A stretch of DNA of 64,000 nucleotides, taken from positions 62,001 through 126,000 of the forward strand of contig KZ538062.1 in the NCBI GenBank assembly GCA_000934665.2, read 5' to 3'. The notes beneath the pieces are model-generated. The model was not told the DNA's origin. It saw only the letters and a list, made by a program, of their open reading frames with translations, and ran no database searches. Shown here piece by piece: positions 24,298-39,538 of this stretch; position 1 is the stretch's first letter; every line of letters starts with the position of its first letter. Origin of the DNA: Catajapyx aquilonaris. Lineage: Eukaryota. A program made the position numbers and the translations under genes.

Positions 24298-26711
24298 GTT
24301 GACGTAGATAGTTGTTAGATATGTCTGAAACAAATCTACCCAATTAGCCAGCCCCCACCGATAACCGATAAGACTCTAATCGGTTAATTAAAGTACAGAG
24401 ATAATCCATTCCAGTCCATTCTTATTGCAAGTGAACATTAATTCGCAATGTACAGTACCTCAAATGTTCAGCCGGTACCGGTACCACCCTCAGCATCCGT
24501 ACCTTGGCATCCCACTTCCGACAATCGAGAGCATGGTCATGAACCCCCAATTACTCTCTGTACACTTCAATTATTTGTATGACCAAAGGGTTGGCCCGAC
24601 TTATTCTCTCAGAAGACGGAAGACAAGGGTGCCAACTTCTCAGCGAGGGAAATTCGCGGAAGTGGTGCCAACCGCAAAACTCTTTACCTGACCGGACCAA
24701 TCAGAAGCCAGGGCGCACCTGCTGGCGCTTGATTCAAATTTTGGCCTTCAAAAAAAATAATGTGCACTTACTTGCTGTACTTGCTGGAGTTTGATGTGTG
24801 CTGATGTACACTTCGGGTATGACTGGCGATCACTGCTTATCGGACGGACGAAGCCTCAGGGATTGATTACACATTTCGCACTAACAAACAACTTTTTTGT
24901 TTTTTTTCTTGAGAGCTTACTAAGACTGCTGCTGTCAAGGTCAGTTGTTTTGCGGCTATATCCATGACCTTCAACCTACACAAGAAATGCCAGATGTTAG
25001 TAAGGTGCAGTAATTATCTGCGGGCAGTTTAAAAACTGACTAATTATCGCCCTTTATTTAAAGTCCTTTTATCTGCTTAATGCTTCTGGCCCGGTTCAAG
25101 TGCAGAGTGCAGGCTGATTCATATCCTGTTATGCATTTGTGAATATTGATGCCAATAATAATATCAATAGTCATACTTGTTACGTAATATTGATAAAAAT
25201 TTCGATAAATTGGCCTTCTTGTAATTAACGATCGTGTATCTAAAGTAATGTAGATGGCCGATTGAAGAGTTGAAGTCAATCCTGGACTCTGCTTCAGTTT
25301 AAAAAAATGTATGCTACGATCCAATATGAAGAAATTAAATACTGTAACTAAAATTAGTCAATCTGCCAGTTCATTATAAACTGCAAGTAGGCCCTATATA
25401 CGTGATTTATGTATGTAGTTGTGAGTGTAACGGTTGGTGTGCAGTACATTTTACATTACCATCGCAAAAAACTAACAAAATTATCAATTCCAGTACTGTA
25501 CAGTAGCTCATTCCCCAGGTAATAAAGTCAATAAACGAAGGGTGATTACAAAAAAGGGTTCAATACTTTTAATCATATAAGTACAATATTTCAAATATCT
25601 CCTTTCAAGTGAATATTACAATCACTTCTGTATATACAATATAAATACAAATGAATTGGTCAACTACCAATTTATACTCTGAAACATTTGTAACAAACAT
25701 GTCTTTTTCTGTTTATTATTATGCTGGAATAGTGTCTTTCAAAATATAATATACTGGTACTTCTCTCAGGTTACAGGCTACCGTATTATAACGTGTAGTT
25801 AAATACCACGATATACCAGTCGAGCACACAGAACATCTCATTGTAATTTTTTGAGCACACCGAAACACAGTACTTCGGATTTGCACTCGACACACACACT
25901 GGTATAAAATTACAGCATATTGTACCGTAATTGATAACGTTCTATATATGTGCATTATTGGCACAACATGATTGGAAGACAAAAAGTGCAGTGGCTAGTA
26001 TCGTTATCTACCAGTTTGCAAGCAGTGTTAAAAATCTTCTGTAAATTTCTCGCAATTCTGGAAGGCACATGTTAGAGGTAGTTTGTGTGCCAATACTGTA
26101 TTTTTTTTCTCTACCGCACTTGATATCAAGTCTCTGATTAGGTTACAAACATAGGTATAAAACACCACCACAACTAATTTCCACAGCATGAAAAAGAGGC
26201 TCATAAGTGGACCACCAAGATATGAGTGTCCATTTACATGCAGTGCCTGGCACACACAAGATTCTCAAACATTATGGCAACTCTCGTGTACAAATGTCTT
26301 GAAACGGTAAGCACACAATCACACAACCCCCCTGCCTGTCCTTAGAAAAAAAAAAGTTCAAATTGCTATGCTGGTTCAAGGAATGATTACGAGTTCAAAT
26401 CAGGTACGATTGGGGCGCCCTTTGAACACACTCTTATACGTCCTGTATAAAGATAAACTGGAACTAATCATCTCACCTGTACGAAACGGCACATATGCAA
26501 GAAACATTATGCAGGTATATCACAATAACAGAGTGGAAAGCAACAAAAAAAACACCACTTCACCTAATTCGTACTCCTACATATCAACGAGATCACATGC
26601 ACTCTTTTACTGACCAAAAATACTCTGCTCAACATGCAAAAATTCTGTGCACTGGCCGGCTGGATGAATAACAATAGTCTCTAAGAGCTATCCCAGTGAT
26701 AGTACACTAGT

Positions 26712-29700
26712 TCACAAGGAATGGGCAAAGTTGGGGTTATCTGATCGCCACTCTTTAGCATTGGGACCAAACTTGTAGACCAGTCGCCTGCCCAGAACAG
26801 GTAGAAGAACCTCACTCTTGTAGTAGTATCTGAAAGTAACAACAAGTATTAAAAACTGCTGCCTTCTTCTCTTATATATTGTTGAGACTTACCGCATAGC
26901 CCTGCTGAGCTTCTCGTAGTTCATCCTGGGGTTACCCTTGATTTCACCCCATAGTTGTGCGACCTTCTCGCTATTCATGAACCTAAATGTTCCTGTGTCA
27001 TGGTCCTCCCATCGGACCAAGCTGGGGCAGTGCTTAGGGTTCTTCAGGAGATCTCGAAGAAACTCCCAAAGTCGTCCGCACTTTTTGCCTGGGAAAGACA
27101 TGATCCGTGAATACACCTGAATCGCACGTTCTGCAAAAATGTTATATTAAATGTTATGTTAAATATTACGTTATGTGTTATTATGATACTGACCATTCTT
27201 TTTGGACCTGCCCTCCGGCTTCTTGGGACGTCCGATCCTCTTCTTGTTGTAGCAACCATCAATCCCTTCGCCAGTGACATTGGTCATTTTAGGGCTGGCC
27301 CAACCCAGGTCGTCCTTGTTCTCAACCTCAGAGTCACCCTCTGTAACCAACAAACAAATCAATCCTACAATTCCAGGAAGATCCATCCACTTATCTACAT
27401 TCTGACAGGTGCTTAACTGCACGTTATCTCAGGGGGAGCTATTTATGCATCGAGGACTAATAGTCTGAAGATTAGCAACATGCCAGATTGCAGCGAAAAA
27501 CGTACAGGCATTGAACTTGACAAACTTTTGTATAGGTTAACGTTATGGGGATAATCCCAGCCTTGCGATAATAACGTGATTATTCAGCCTCCCTTGATCA
27601 AGACACGCCTCACTCTAAAAGACCGCAAGTATGTCGGGATTTTTCCGCCCCTTTTAACCCACATCCTTTGAAGTTCATGGCCAATTAATGTGATAAAAAT
27701 TATGACAACTCTCACCTGAACCAGTGGACGAACACTCCGGACTGGAGACCCTCACGTGTGGCACACAATTGTTGAACATAGGTGTTTGGGTCAATCCTCC
27801 GTATTCCTCGTAGCTCCTCAGTTGTACAAAGCTGGGGACTAAACATATAATCGAAGTGTTAGGACACTGCTTATCTTATCACCAAACATATCTATTTTAG
27901 CACGCATTTCGGAGAAAGCTATCACTGTTATAATATGTGATCGTAATATTGTTTTAGTCTAGCAAATAAAGCGCATCTGTGGTTGCTTCCAACGCCTTAT
28001 AAATTGCGAACAATGTCTTAGTCATAATGTCTTAAACCAGACACATCTTTATCTGTGTTACTGATAAATATTAACACTCAAGATACATCGCTATCTCGCT
28101 TCCACTAGCATCAATTAAGTGGTCCCAAGTTTATTTTCTGCATAACCTCTAAAATATATTTTTTTAAAGTTTCAATTGTATATTATGGCTGACCACACAT
28201 TTGTTGTGGCCAAGTAAGTGTATGCCAGAAGGAAATTCCGTCAGAGTGATTCCTGGAAGTTGGGTTGACAGACTGATAACCACTACTTCGGGCGGGGAAT
28301 CCCCACGATTGATGATATTGAACCACGACGCGAACTCCGATTACGAAATGACGTGCCCTTGTGCCCAACACTATTTGCAGCAAGTGAAGATTGAAGATTA
28401 CATATCCTAGTAAAATTAATATCGGCCTTCCTTTTATGTAACGAGGAAACTGACTCGCTCTGTACAAATTCGGATGCACTGTACGGACCAACTATATCAG
28501 CAATTGCATGAAATTACATATTACGTGCATTGATGTCAAGATTAAATTGTAACTATTTCTGTCGTATTCCTAGAAAGAGGGGGAGTTTGTTCAGATAATG
28601 ATTACACGTTTTTTACACAATGGTATATGTTCAGTGTTTCTTTGAAGAGATAACCTGTCTAGCTACAGTTTAGAAGCTATATGCATATGATGTGTGGGTG
28701 GGCAAAAGGCGATAAACCGAGCTGGAGATAAAGGGCAAAGGATATCAACCTGCCCTACGCCACTAATTTGTAGTCATGGTTGATTGACCCAGGCTCATTA
28801 AAATTCAGCCTAATAATTGAGCGATGCAGAGTAACTTTCTGCGCATATGAATATTCCTCCAATCTGCATACCGTCGTGATATCGATCTTAACGCCCCGCC
28901 AATTCGTGTTAGCTGTTAGATATATTCGTCTGCATAATCCAAACCGAGAAGTCAGGTCAATCCCCCTTCCTGCTGCCAACTCGGCGTAAAGTGCTTCCGA
29001 TGCATAATTAATAATTACAACCAGTCGTAACGAAGAGCTATACTAATGCTGATACTTACGAACACTCTCGGACTGGACGCAAGTATTGTTGAACTGTTGT
29101 GACATATTGTAACCATGCTGCTGTGAAAATTGAGATGCAGGCTGTAGTGTGGCCAGCACCGGTTGTTGTTGTTGTTGTTGTGCTTGGGGCTGAGGCTGCT
29201 CCTCGTATGCCATGTGAGGGGGCTGTTGTTGTTGTGATGGCTGCTGATGTTGTGGGTGTCGCTGGAACAAGGACTGTAGTTCCGAGAATAGTATGTGTCC
29301 ATAAGCTGGGTTCAGAGTCCAGAAGTCCCTCTCTGCCATTCGCATCAAGTCCATTCCTAAACAGAACATATAAAATGCCATCATGATCCAGAACTATAAT
29401 AGTTGCCAAAAATTTTAAAATGCCATACCTGTGACAGTGCTAAAATTAGCCATGTTGAGATGTTCGCAGTCGATTTGACGCTCAAGAGAAACGGCTGCCA
29501 ACCAATTTATCACGTCTCGACTGTCCCACTGAATCAACGGCTTCTGTTCCCACTCGCGGCACAAGGTCTGGGGTTCTGTTGGGACACACAGGACATTAGG
29601 ACCCAACAATAACAACATCTGTCAAAATAACAATTGAATTACACTCACGTAGCAAAGACTGCTTGTTGGACACGGACAGGTTGGATATCTCAGCGAGCAT

Positions 29701-30285
29701 CGGGCTGTAGTCTTCTTTAGGGCAAAACTGCAGAGGGTTAATGATGTCGTCCCATCCGGACACGCACCAGTCATTCCGTTCAGCTTCCTGCAGGTCACTC
29801 ATGCTGCATTCGAACTGCCAAGCCACAAGAGAAACCGAGTTATTCCTAGGCAACTATCGGCAGTGTCTATAACTATAGCAAAACCACAATTACGTGGTAT
29901 TTCCACAGATTTAAAAGGAAGAGTGAGACATTGGGTCTGTGTTGCATATAGACGACCCCTTGACGTCAGAGACCTCCATCCTAAACATGTGATAAATGTT
30001 GTTCACCGAAATGCAATTGTCCCATTTGGACCACCTGTCGCGCACCACATGCCATATGGGATGGTTGATTTATAGGCCTCGCCTTAATTCACGGCGGGAA
30101 GAAAAGAGGAGTGACAACCGGCTATTGAAGTGTAGAGAGTGGGCTATTGGATCAAGGTGATTACCGTCCCTATTCACAGTTGCTGTGGATTGGATACGGT
30201 GCAAAAATCACCATACCTGGTCAAAGGGACTTGGCACCATCAGAGGAGGCGTTGGGGTCAGCATCCGTTCCACTCGCTCCAGCAT
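26712..30285 (-). CDS. ETS transcription factor with SAM/PNT domain, ESE type (ELF3/ELF5/EHF-like)
   Basis: Exons 30285-30217, 29814-29649, 29575-29429, 29356-29060, 27838-27716, 27340-27194, 27088-26893, 26829-26712, phase-compatible. PNT-like PLIQWDSRDVINWL..YGHILFSEL and a polyQ tract. ETS domain LWEFLRDLL..WED..FRF..AQLWG..MNYEKLSRAMRYYY..RRLVYKFG. Confidence 0.92.
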
Positions 30286-33200
30286 CACTAGTTACCCAGA
30301 TAGGAGCCTGGAAAAAAAATAAAATTAAACGTTTATTTTCATTAATAGGAGGTGGGGTTGTCACTGCCAACCGCGGAGAGTCAATCACTCTTAAAGTTAG
30401 GACCGGCATTTTATGGGTAGTTGTAAGGAGGCGGCCCGTTTTTCAGGCCATCCTTCACCATCATGGCGGTACGTGTGGAATAAGCATGAGGTGCGTCACT
30501 GCTGGGAAATTAATTGGGCATTCAGAATGGCCTAAGCAGGTACTTCGCCGAGGTCAAGGCTTTCCGAGCCTTTACCGAAGTGAAGTGTAATTTTTGCAGG
30601 TGCTTGTCTTTCATTTTTCATGTTCATTGCTCTTGCAGCAAGCGTAGCGACCATCTTCAAAGTACGGATACAAAATGGTCAAAACTAGTTTATGACAATG
30701 AAAAGCATAAGCGACCTGATTTCATGCTGATCCCAAATGGGTAATCCCATTTATCTGAATGACCTTCCAGTACAGGGTTCAAGAGTTTTATCGAGACAAC
30801 TGCCATCTTGTGGATGGTCACTAGGCTTGTCCAGTAAAATGGCCGCCGGCTACATACAGGCCTGGCTTGTGCTTATGGCATCCATTTACAAACCGGCTCG
30901 GGCTCCCGGTTATGTAAAGGGTTCTTAGCAATTAGTGACAAGATGGACAGATAGCCTTGAAATATATGACGCATTACACTCTATGAGATAATTACATGCA
31001 GATTCTACAGCACGTTTTGTAGTTAGAAATATTCGGCTCCTATTACTATTGTGTTGCAAAAACTTGCTAAACGCCGCGGAAACCATTAAAACATTTATCT
31101 GACCTCAAAGCTCCTATTACTGCATATCGCAAATGCTGAAACTCGACATCAGAGTCCCCCTTCCCATAAGATACGTATGGTAATTTGAACTTTTGCCCGC
31201 AGTCTATAAAACAATGGCAGCAAGGACATAATATTTTGCAGGCCGGGAGCTATTAGATATACAGGTTCTCACGCCCTGAAGCCTCACCTTCTGGATGGTG
31301 TAACACGTCACGGGGTGTTAGTAAACGAGCAGAAAACCGCATGCAATAGTACACCATGAATATACGAAGCACGTGAAATAGTACTGTGTGAATCACTATG
31401 CCAGGGATAGATCTACCAAGCAAGTCTGGACTTATCAGCTGTTTTGATAAGGTGCTAAGGGGCCAATTGAATGCCTCCACCTTCAACGATGTGAGTGGGA
31501 TTGGTTGTTCAATATTGGTAGGTTGATTATGCGAGAGCCAATGCGTGATTGTCATGCGTATCATCGTCTACCTGTCAAGTATGTCTTGCAAAATAGTTTG
31601 ACTAAAGAAAGACATGCCCTTTTGAATTTATAGATAATGGTTGTGCACAATGGCCTCTAATGACATTATCAACCCATGATGGCCTCCTTCTAGACAACGT
31701 CGATATGGACGGCCATCAAAGTGATTAGCAGCTTCCACAAACCAGACAGTTCTACATAATCATTGGGGAATACGTTATAGGTATGACAAGTGAGCTGAAT
31801 TTTGTCGCATCCAGACAAATCGGCTATGTCAAGCAAGGTGTCCATGATTGTCATTAATAAATATTTTCCAGACTAATTCAAATCACCAGACAGACAGGGG
31901 CCTGGGGCCGTCATTGACAGGGCGGAAATAGAAATGACGTTACTTAAAGTGTCTGATGCCCTTTGGATGCATAGGCACCTGCAACCTGGTCAGTAGCTTA
32001 GCCACCAGATCACATATAACTGCCTGGGGCTGGGTTTTCCCATGTATACTTGCGGCCTGGACAATTCCCCATCTAGCAACAGCTATTTTATTAATAGCGG
32101 GGCTTGCCCATAGTTCATCAGTTATACATAGTGGTGCACTGTGGAAGTCCACCAAATTCAAGAGAGAGGCAGAGATATAATTCATGAATCGTCTGTCCCA
32201 GGAACCAGTTGAAAGAGATGCAACCCACTGGAAGCAACTAAGGCCACATTCAAATTTTCGCTTCTACTTGAGCTAGTTATTGAGGGTCTCTATGTGCAAA
32301 TTTCACGGAGCTAGGCCACAAACTGCATTTACATCATTTGTGGTGGTTTCAAGACACTTTGAAAAAGCACTATTTTTTTCTTCAGAGCAAAGACATGCCG
32401 TAATGCCCAAGAAGCCGTTTAAGCTTAATGACTTGTGTAACTTATTACGAGTAATAAAGAAACGGTAGAGAGACCACTGCGGTCATCTCCGAAAGTGACT
32501 GTCCTGGCAAGAGTGCAGCGACAATGCAATTTGCCTACCCAATTTACAGTATAAAAGAGATATGACTGGATTCTCCAAATGACATTCCAGACATATCAAA
32601 GACAGCTCTTATAAGAATAGAGCATGTCACCACACTTTGCATGGCTTCACAGAAAGAAACGTTTCGATTTTTTCCCCCTTCTTTCCAGCACTCACAGCAG
32701 GAAGCGACAGTCGAGAAATTCGGTTTCTGTCGTAGCCGAACAGCAGGAAACATCAATAATTCCAATATAAGCCTCTATACCTTTTACATCCCTACAATGT
32801 ATCAATTCAATAAAAATCTGGAGAAAGTCATTGGCAGATATGGAATTTTCATGTAATCAAATAATGCAACAGTTTTCTTCAACCACCCAATATAATTTTG
32901 TGTAGTGTTCTCCTCAATATGATTGGTTTTCACTCCTGTACAATTGAATTGGAACCTTCTTCTTTTGATAAAAAATTCTCTGTCTCAACTCGTTCAATCA
33001 GGCCATAAACCAATTTTCCCTCGATAAGTGTAACATTTTTACTATCAACCGAGCGATCAACATTGATTTCACCAACAGTTTCCAGCATGTTTTTTCCCCC
33101 TGATTCTCCCATTTCCTCCACTTTAAAAATTAATCATCCCTGCGAGCTTCGATATGAAAAAGAAGACTGTAAAAAGCCGCTGGTAATCATTATTCATTAT

Positions 33201-36200
33201 AATTTTAACTATAAGAATTTAGTTACCAGTTGAACTATATTTACCCAGACATTTCCACTGTACAGAATGAAAAAAAAAGTTCCTAACACAATTAAGATCA
33301 GCTTACATTATTTACTTGTGCACACTAAATGAAGATTTCGCTTCTTGCTTATAATACGGTATACACTTACGCCTGTGGCGTCCTATTAAATCGTTACAAA
33401 GGGCTGGCACTAGACAGTTAGCAATTTTTTGACAGAATCCTCCAAAACCCCTTGGAGCAATGCAGGCGCCGGTGCGAACAGTATCGGAAATGAGCTTAGC
33501 ACCCCACTTTGCGTTACAAATCTGAACCTTTCAAGCAAAGGCGCCAGTGTTTCTTTACTGGTACAGGCAAAGCAAGCAGGTCGAGCCTTCAGGGGGAAGC
33601 TATACACAAAGATAATTTACGCTCGCAGCCGTCGAGCCGAACTAATTGAGCTTTACGGTTCTTGCAAGTTAGCTCAGCCAACGCATCTACCAATGGGTGA
33701 TGGCATACATACAAATCATACAGTACAACCGAATGGAGGCCACCACATTTTCACACATAAGAAAAAAAAGATCATAGGTTCTATAGCGATAGCCACAGGC
33801 TGCATCCATCACATTCCGTGCGAATCTTCAAGGTTGAAATCTAGGCACCTTTTATCCGAGGCTCTTAATGAATGACACGCCTTGCAAAACCTTCACCTTC
33901 GCTTCCGCGGAGGCAGCCTAGCCCATTACATAACGATAGCCGCCCAACCAGCCCAGCTTAACAAACCAAAATAAAATTCCTCAATGCCAAATTCGGACGC
34001 CCCTTTCTCTCTAGCTACCCCGTTTGCTTTTTGCAAGGCCAAAGATGCCTCGAGTCTTGTCGCGACATATTCCGATGCATGCATCCGTGGAATCCAATAT
34101 TGAACACCTTAAGGAGAAGGCAGCTCGATACTTGCGGCGCATGCACTTTACACCATGTACTAAAAAACACTCAAGTACTTACTGTTTACCTAAAAAATGT
34201 ACGTTGTACTGTACCAACCAGTAAGGACTGACTGACTGAGACTATATGGTTGGCGGGGGTGGAAGGGAAAGAGCATGAGGACGCATGCCCCAGGATATGT
34301 TTACCTGTGGGTCCCACATCTCAGTTGTGCGATATTTGCATTGCACATGGATGGGCCCTGCTCGCTTGGGGGACCCCGGAGCTCGTTGCCCTCGGGGCGT
34401 AGCTAGTTTTTCACATGTAGCGTAGTAACAATCTAACGCCATATGGTTCTTGGAAGATGAGTCGTTGGCATTGCGATAAAATAGTGGGCTTCCCATATTT
34501 TCAGGTGCGCCATACCGCGCACAATGTATCCCATGGCGACGTTCAGTTTTGCCTACACATATGGTGTTGATGTCACGTGGTTTCTGCCAATGTCCTGACT
34601 ACAGAATAGGAAGGTTCGCGCACCCGTTGCAAAAATAGACCCGTGTGTATATAGGGTTCGCGGAATTTTCAATCGGACAGATGTGTCCGTGGCAGCAGTA
34701 CCAAGAGGGGGTCGGGTCGCCATAAACAGGAGGCCCGGCAATAACAAGGTGCATTGAAGTACGACAGTTATGGCCCGAGAAACAGCTGCAACATCGACAT
34801 GAATAGCTCCCGTAACATCCGACGTAGAGAGACTATCAATCAGCCAAGTTGCGAATTGGATGCTGCGGAAAAATTGCTTGTAAATCACAACTCACAAAAC
34901 GTATATACAGACGGTCCATCTCTTAACAGCCAAATCTGATGGTGATGAAGGTTACAATTGAGCGTGTTGTGCCACAACAACATCGCGTGATCCTAATTCC
35001 TAGTGCTGAACAAGTGAAGAGGGGGTGAAGGAGGGGGACCCCACCGAATTCCCTCAGGGGTGAGTTAGTTGGTTTCCTCCACAACTACAGCCTCCTTGAC
35101 CAAACCCAGCATCCCCAAAGAAACAGCTCTCCAAGGCAACTATTCTACTGCCAAGGACGGGGGCAGCTCCTCAATGGCACTTCCCACGCCATCACCAAGG
35201 TTATACAGCTTCAGTTATAAACTGCATCATCTGCACCACTTCCCAATGCAGCAGCGCGCTCTCTCTCTCAAGAAGCCGTTATTTATTGTACCTTTTTTCC
35301 TGAATAAAAATGTTGCAAATTTCATTTCCGCACTTGAATCGCATCAAAACAAGTCAACCTACTTTATAAAAAAATAAATTCTGTCTGCTTCATTACCTAT
35401 TGGATTTTCCTTTTGCGTCACGTTTTCTGTACATTCCGTCAAATTATTAGTTACATCACGTCCCGATTTGTAGCCTACAAGATTGTGCACCTATCCAAAA
35501 TAGCCAACGGTGTTATTTTAAATCGCCGTTACATAAACTATCAAGTAACATTATTCTTAAAGTTTTTCAGCAGAAAAAAATATCCATGTTCACTATACAA
35601 TGCACCGGACACCGGTTTACCGACTTCCGGTCATAAACTTAGCCTTGCATTACGAATAAGTCACAATCTAGACGGAGTATTATAAGTAAAGATGGTGTTT
35701 CTGTTAGCAAAAAATATCACGATTCAATCTCTGACCTCTTGCCAATTTCCAATGTCGCATTAAGGGTCTATATAGAGTAGGTCAAGTTCAATGAATCGTG
35801 CATGGCGGAACTGGTCTCTCCGAAAGTTCCGTTCGGTTGCAGTAGACTTGGCAACAACGCCACATGTCAATTTCTTTTCTTGACAACAGCCTTTCTTAGC
35901 GCCCACTAATTACCTTTTTTTTCTGTTTTAGAAGGCCCCCGAAGATTACATCACAGTGACGTGTGGTGCAAACCATCACATTTTTGCAAACCTCACGTTT
36001 TTTACCATCTCGCTATGTAACACATTTTTTAAAATAACCTGATCCAGTCTTTACCGCACAAAATGTGTCGACTGCACTGACCTCCTTTGTTTGCTCATTG
36101 TAAACATACTGGCCATTACCACATTCTACAGCCCGGACAAGAAGAATTTAAAGAAGAAAAAATCTTCCGCACCCTTGAAAAAGCATCAAGGGCAACAAAG

Positions 36201-39200
36201 TAAAGGATGAGTGAGGGCATATCGATGGGGTTGGGACGAAAACAAACTGGTTCCCGATCATCCTGAAGGAAACTTCCACAGAGCTGTAATTACAGGCGGC
36301 AAGGGCGGAAGAATCTGGGCCACAAACAGCATGCGATTCACGATGGGATTATAACACTTAAAACGCGATCATGGCCATTCCCTTATATATATTTTTTGTG
36401 TATCTGATTCTTCAGGTGACTCTGTTACAACTGGAGTTAAAAGCCATCTTGAAAATAACCGAGAAGAAGGCTTCAGCACGTAAGTGCCGTCTTCCAAAAG
36501 CTATTAAAAAATCGCCAATAATTAGCTTAAGACTTCAGGGTTGTAAATCAAGAGCTTTTACTACCTGTCAAGGAGTGGTGTATAGGGTACAACCTCCTCC
36601 CTATGGCCAAATGACGTATATAGTACTTAGGTCAAAGGAGGCCTTTGAATGCAAACGTCGTCCCCCAACTTGGTACACGTGAGGTGTTTGCGTAAGGAGA
36701 TGCACCTGCATGGCCTCGATGACAAAATGAGCCACAGGTCTGGCCAATTTTTTGGGGGATGATGGAAGTGGGTGTCGTGGCTTACAAAATGTGACATAAA
36801 CATGCCACCGTATAATTGGAAAGTCGTTTCACCCTTTTTTGTGACACTTTTGCGTATTTTATTATAATGTATCAGCTTTTTTTGCAAACAACTAATTACC
36901 CATTTTTTATTTAAAAAGTCAGCCATTTTTTGAATCTTAAAAATATGACATCCCTTTTTATTCGTGGCTTTAATATCGAATTATCGCTCGGGATTTGGAG
37001 GGGATAATTTGATGAGGGAGGTCCCTCAGCTTGTTTGAAAACAGCTCTTATCAAGATTACATTTGTGTCTCGCGAATTACCTTTGCGCTGACTAGCCCAA
37101 ATGGCGACTATTCTCACATTTCCTTTTCCCGAGAACGCCTATGAAAACGCGTTACAAAACGGCCGGAAGGACTCAAACGGCTTTTCTCATTGCACTTACA
37201 CACGCCCGTAAACCCCCCTTTTTTTGCTGGCATCTGGAATGACAATAAAGCAACAATGCCCTCCATTTGACCCTACTATTTCGCAAAAAAAGTGCTACAT
37301 GCGTATTGCGAAAATTGCCAATTGCAACGTCCTTGGTACAGCACCTGCCTTCTGGCCAAGATTTCTCTGGACGTAAGAGTCAGAGTGCAACAAAAACTAA
37401 TGACATAATCGCAAGTTCGTTCTTAAAATTGTTTTAAAGTTTTGGTCAGCTGCACATACAGTGCATCATGTGACAGACAGCAACAGAAGAGGTGTAAGGA
37501 TTAGGAAGAAGGAAGGAAGGAAGAGGAGGAGGGCAAGAAACGCCTGTTGGCCATCTCCTTCCGCAAACACGCTCGGCCTTGAGTTGGCAAGGTCTTTCCC
37601 CAAATGGCCAAGACGCATCTAATACTATACGTATATTACATGGAGTACCTCACCGGATATGCCTCCCCGAATAGATCACGCCGTAATTTTTCCCACACGT
37701 AATATGTGGCGAAAAATTAAACGGCCGGCCTCCTACGTTCATTATGCATATTTTGGGAAATGAAAAGAAAAATGAAATGGGCGCCTTCTCATCTCAAAGG
37801 ATCGATGTATTATTATTCACTGTAGCACTCTGCTACGATTAGTACACTTGGTTGTTATAATACACAACTTGCATAACATTCTCGTTCGATCCGAATTGCT
37901 ACATTCCGACATTTGGCACAACAATATTCCACGTGAATTGGGGGGGGGGGGGGTCTGCATAGCGGATACAGTAGAAAGAGATATGTTTCCAAGTGTTTCA
38001 GGTATCCATTTTCAATGATATGCGAATGGAATTATTGCTATGTTTCATTCAGCGTGTTATGCAGCTATACACCGTAACGGAAGTTTGCATGTGCAGAGGT
38101 AGATTTCCATTTGTTTTTAACGTATTGGCTGAAATATTTTGCATTACAGCGACTATTTTAGTTTTAATGGAGCAATACAGCCACAGTTTACAGAACCATA
38201 GATTTGTCAATGTGCTGAAAAGTGGTTGGAAACTTGTTAAAATCTAATTGCTGTAACAGTTGGGAAAGAAAACGAATAACTCATACAGTATTATAATTAC
38301 TGTATGTTGATTTCTTCACTCTTGCAAACGCGCATAATTGTCCTCTTTTTCTCTCGTTGGTATAATACACGACATTTTAGCTGATGCTCCAGAATTTTCA
38401 CAAATGGTTCAACTTCAGCCTCGACTTCCAATATTTACTACCTAAGAAGAACGGTCAAGAAAGTAACCAGATATTTCATTTTTCTCTCTCGAGCCGGACA
38501 ATGAAAATTATGCTACGCAGCAGAACATTTCTGGGTATCTGTCGTGGTTGTTGTATTTTAACTGCTTTGAATGTCATCTACTAGCGTATATAATTTTATT
38601 TAGAAAACTTTTGCATCATCTGCTTCATCACTGATTCTAAGGCTACCACTTCCATGTCGTGAAGGTCACAATGATGATCTTCATTAGTTGTGGAACCAGG
38701 CTTGGAACATTCGTAGAATTGCGACAATATGGAAAAGTCTAACATTTATTAACCATGACCTCTGTCTGTAATATTCTAAAAAGTTACATCATACAAAGTT
38801 ACTGACTTGGCCTCTGAGTAGAAAAATTGCCAAAACATGTTCTTGCTCTGGAGAGAAGCTCCCAGTAAATATCAATCTTTATTAATAAGAATGGCTTTGT
38901 ACGATATACCGTATAAATACCTTATATACTGTCATATTTTCTTCAACACTGAAACAACACTCGATGAATGCAGCTTAAAATATTTAAAAATGCCAACCTC
39001 TCCTCTTCAACGTGTATAAAGTATCATTTTAAATAATTTCATAAGGAATCATATGAAGCCTACAAAGTAATATTATTGTGATTACACGAAGTCCAGTGTC
39101 CTTAAAAAGGAATCCGTGTTTGTGTGAGAAGACAAATGAATAATTTATTGGACCGCTTGTCCGGGTTGACATTAAATGACGCGACACTTCGATCCCTTAT

Positions 39201-39377
39201 AATGTAGGGAAATATACTTTCCAGGGGCATTGTTAAGCACTTGACGGAGGTGATATGATGTACAGTAGTCAGTAGCCTACATGTCCGTTTACAAAAAGTC
39301 ACAAGCACACCTCGTGTATATCCTGATTTCATTTCAGTCTTATCCCTATAGGCATTTAGGCTAAGTTGTGTGAATGA

Positions 39378-39538
39378 AAATTAAGGAGAATATCTATGAT
39401 GATGTAGGGTTAGGTATTGTGAATACATGACACTGCGGCCGTAAAGTCCGAATGTATGAAAGAAAATTTGGAAAAAAATCTAAGATTACGTATTCACAAT
39501 ACACAATCCTACATAATCAACCATTATCCTCTTAATTT
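39378..39538. repeat. Degenerate inverted repeat (~49-bp arms), probable MITE relic
   Basis: 39378-39426 (aaattaaggagaata..atgtagggttaggtattgtgaatac) matches the reverse complement of 39490-39538, including a perfect 13-bp gtattgtgaatac/gtattcacaatac. Confidence 0.65.
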
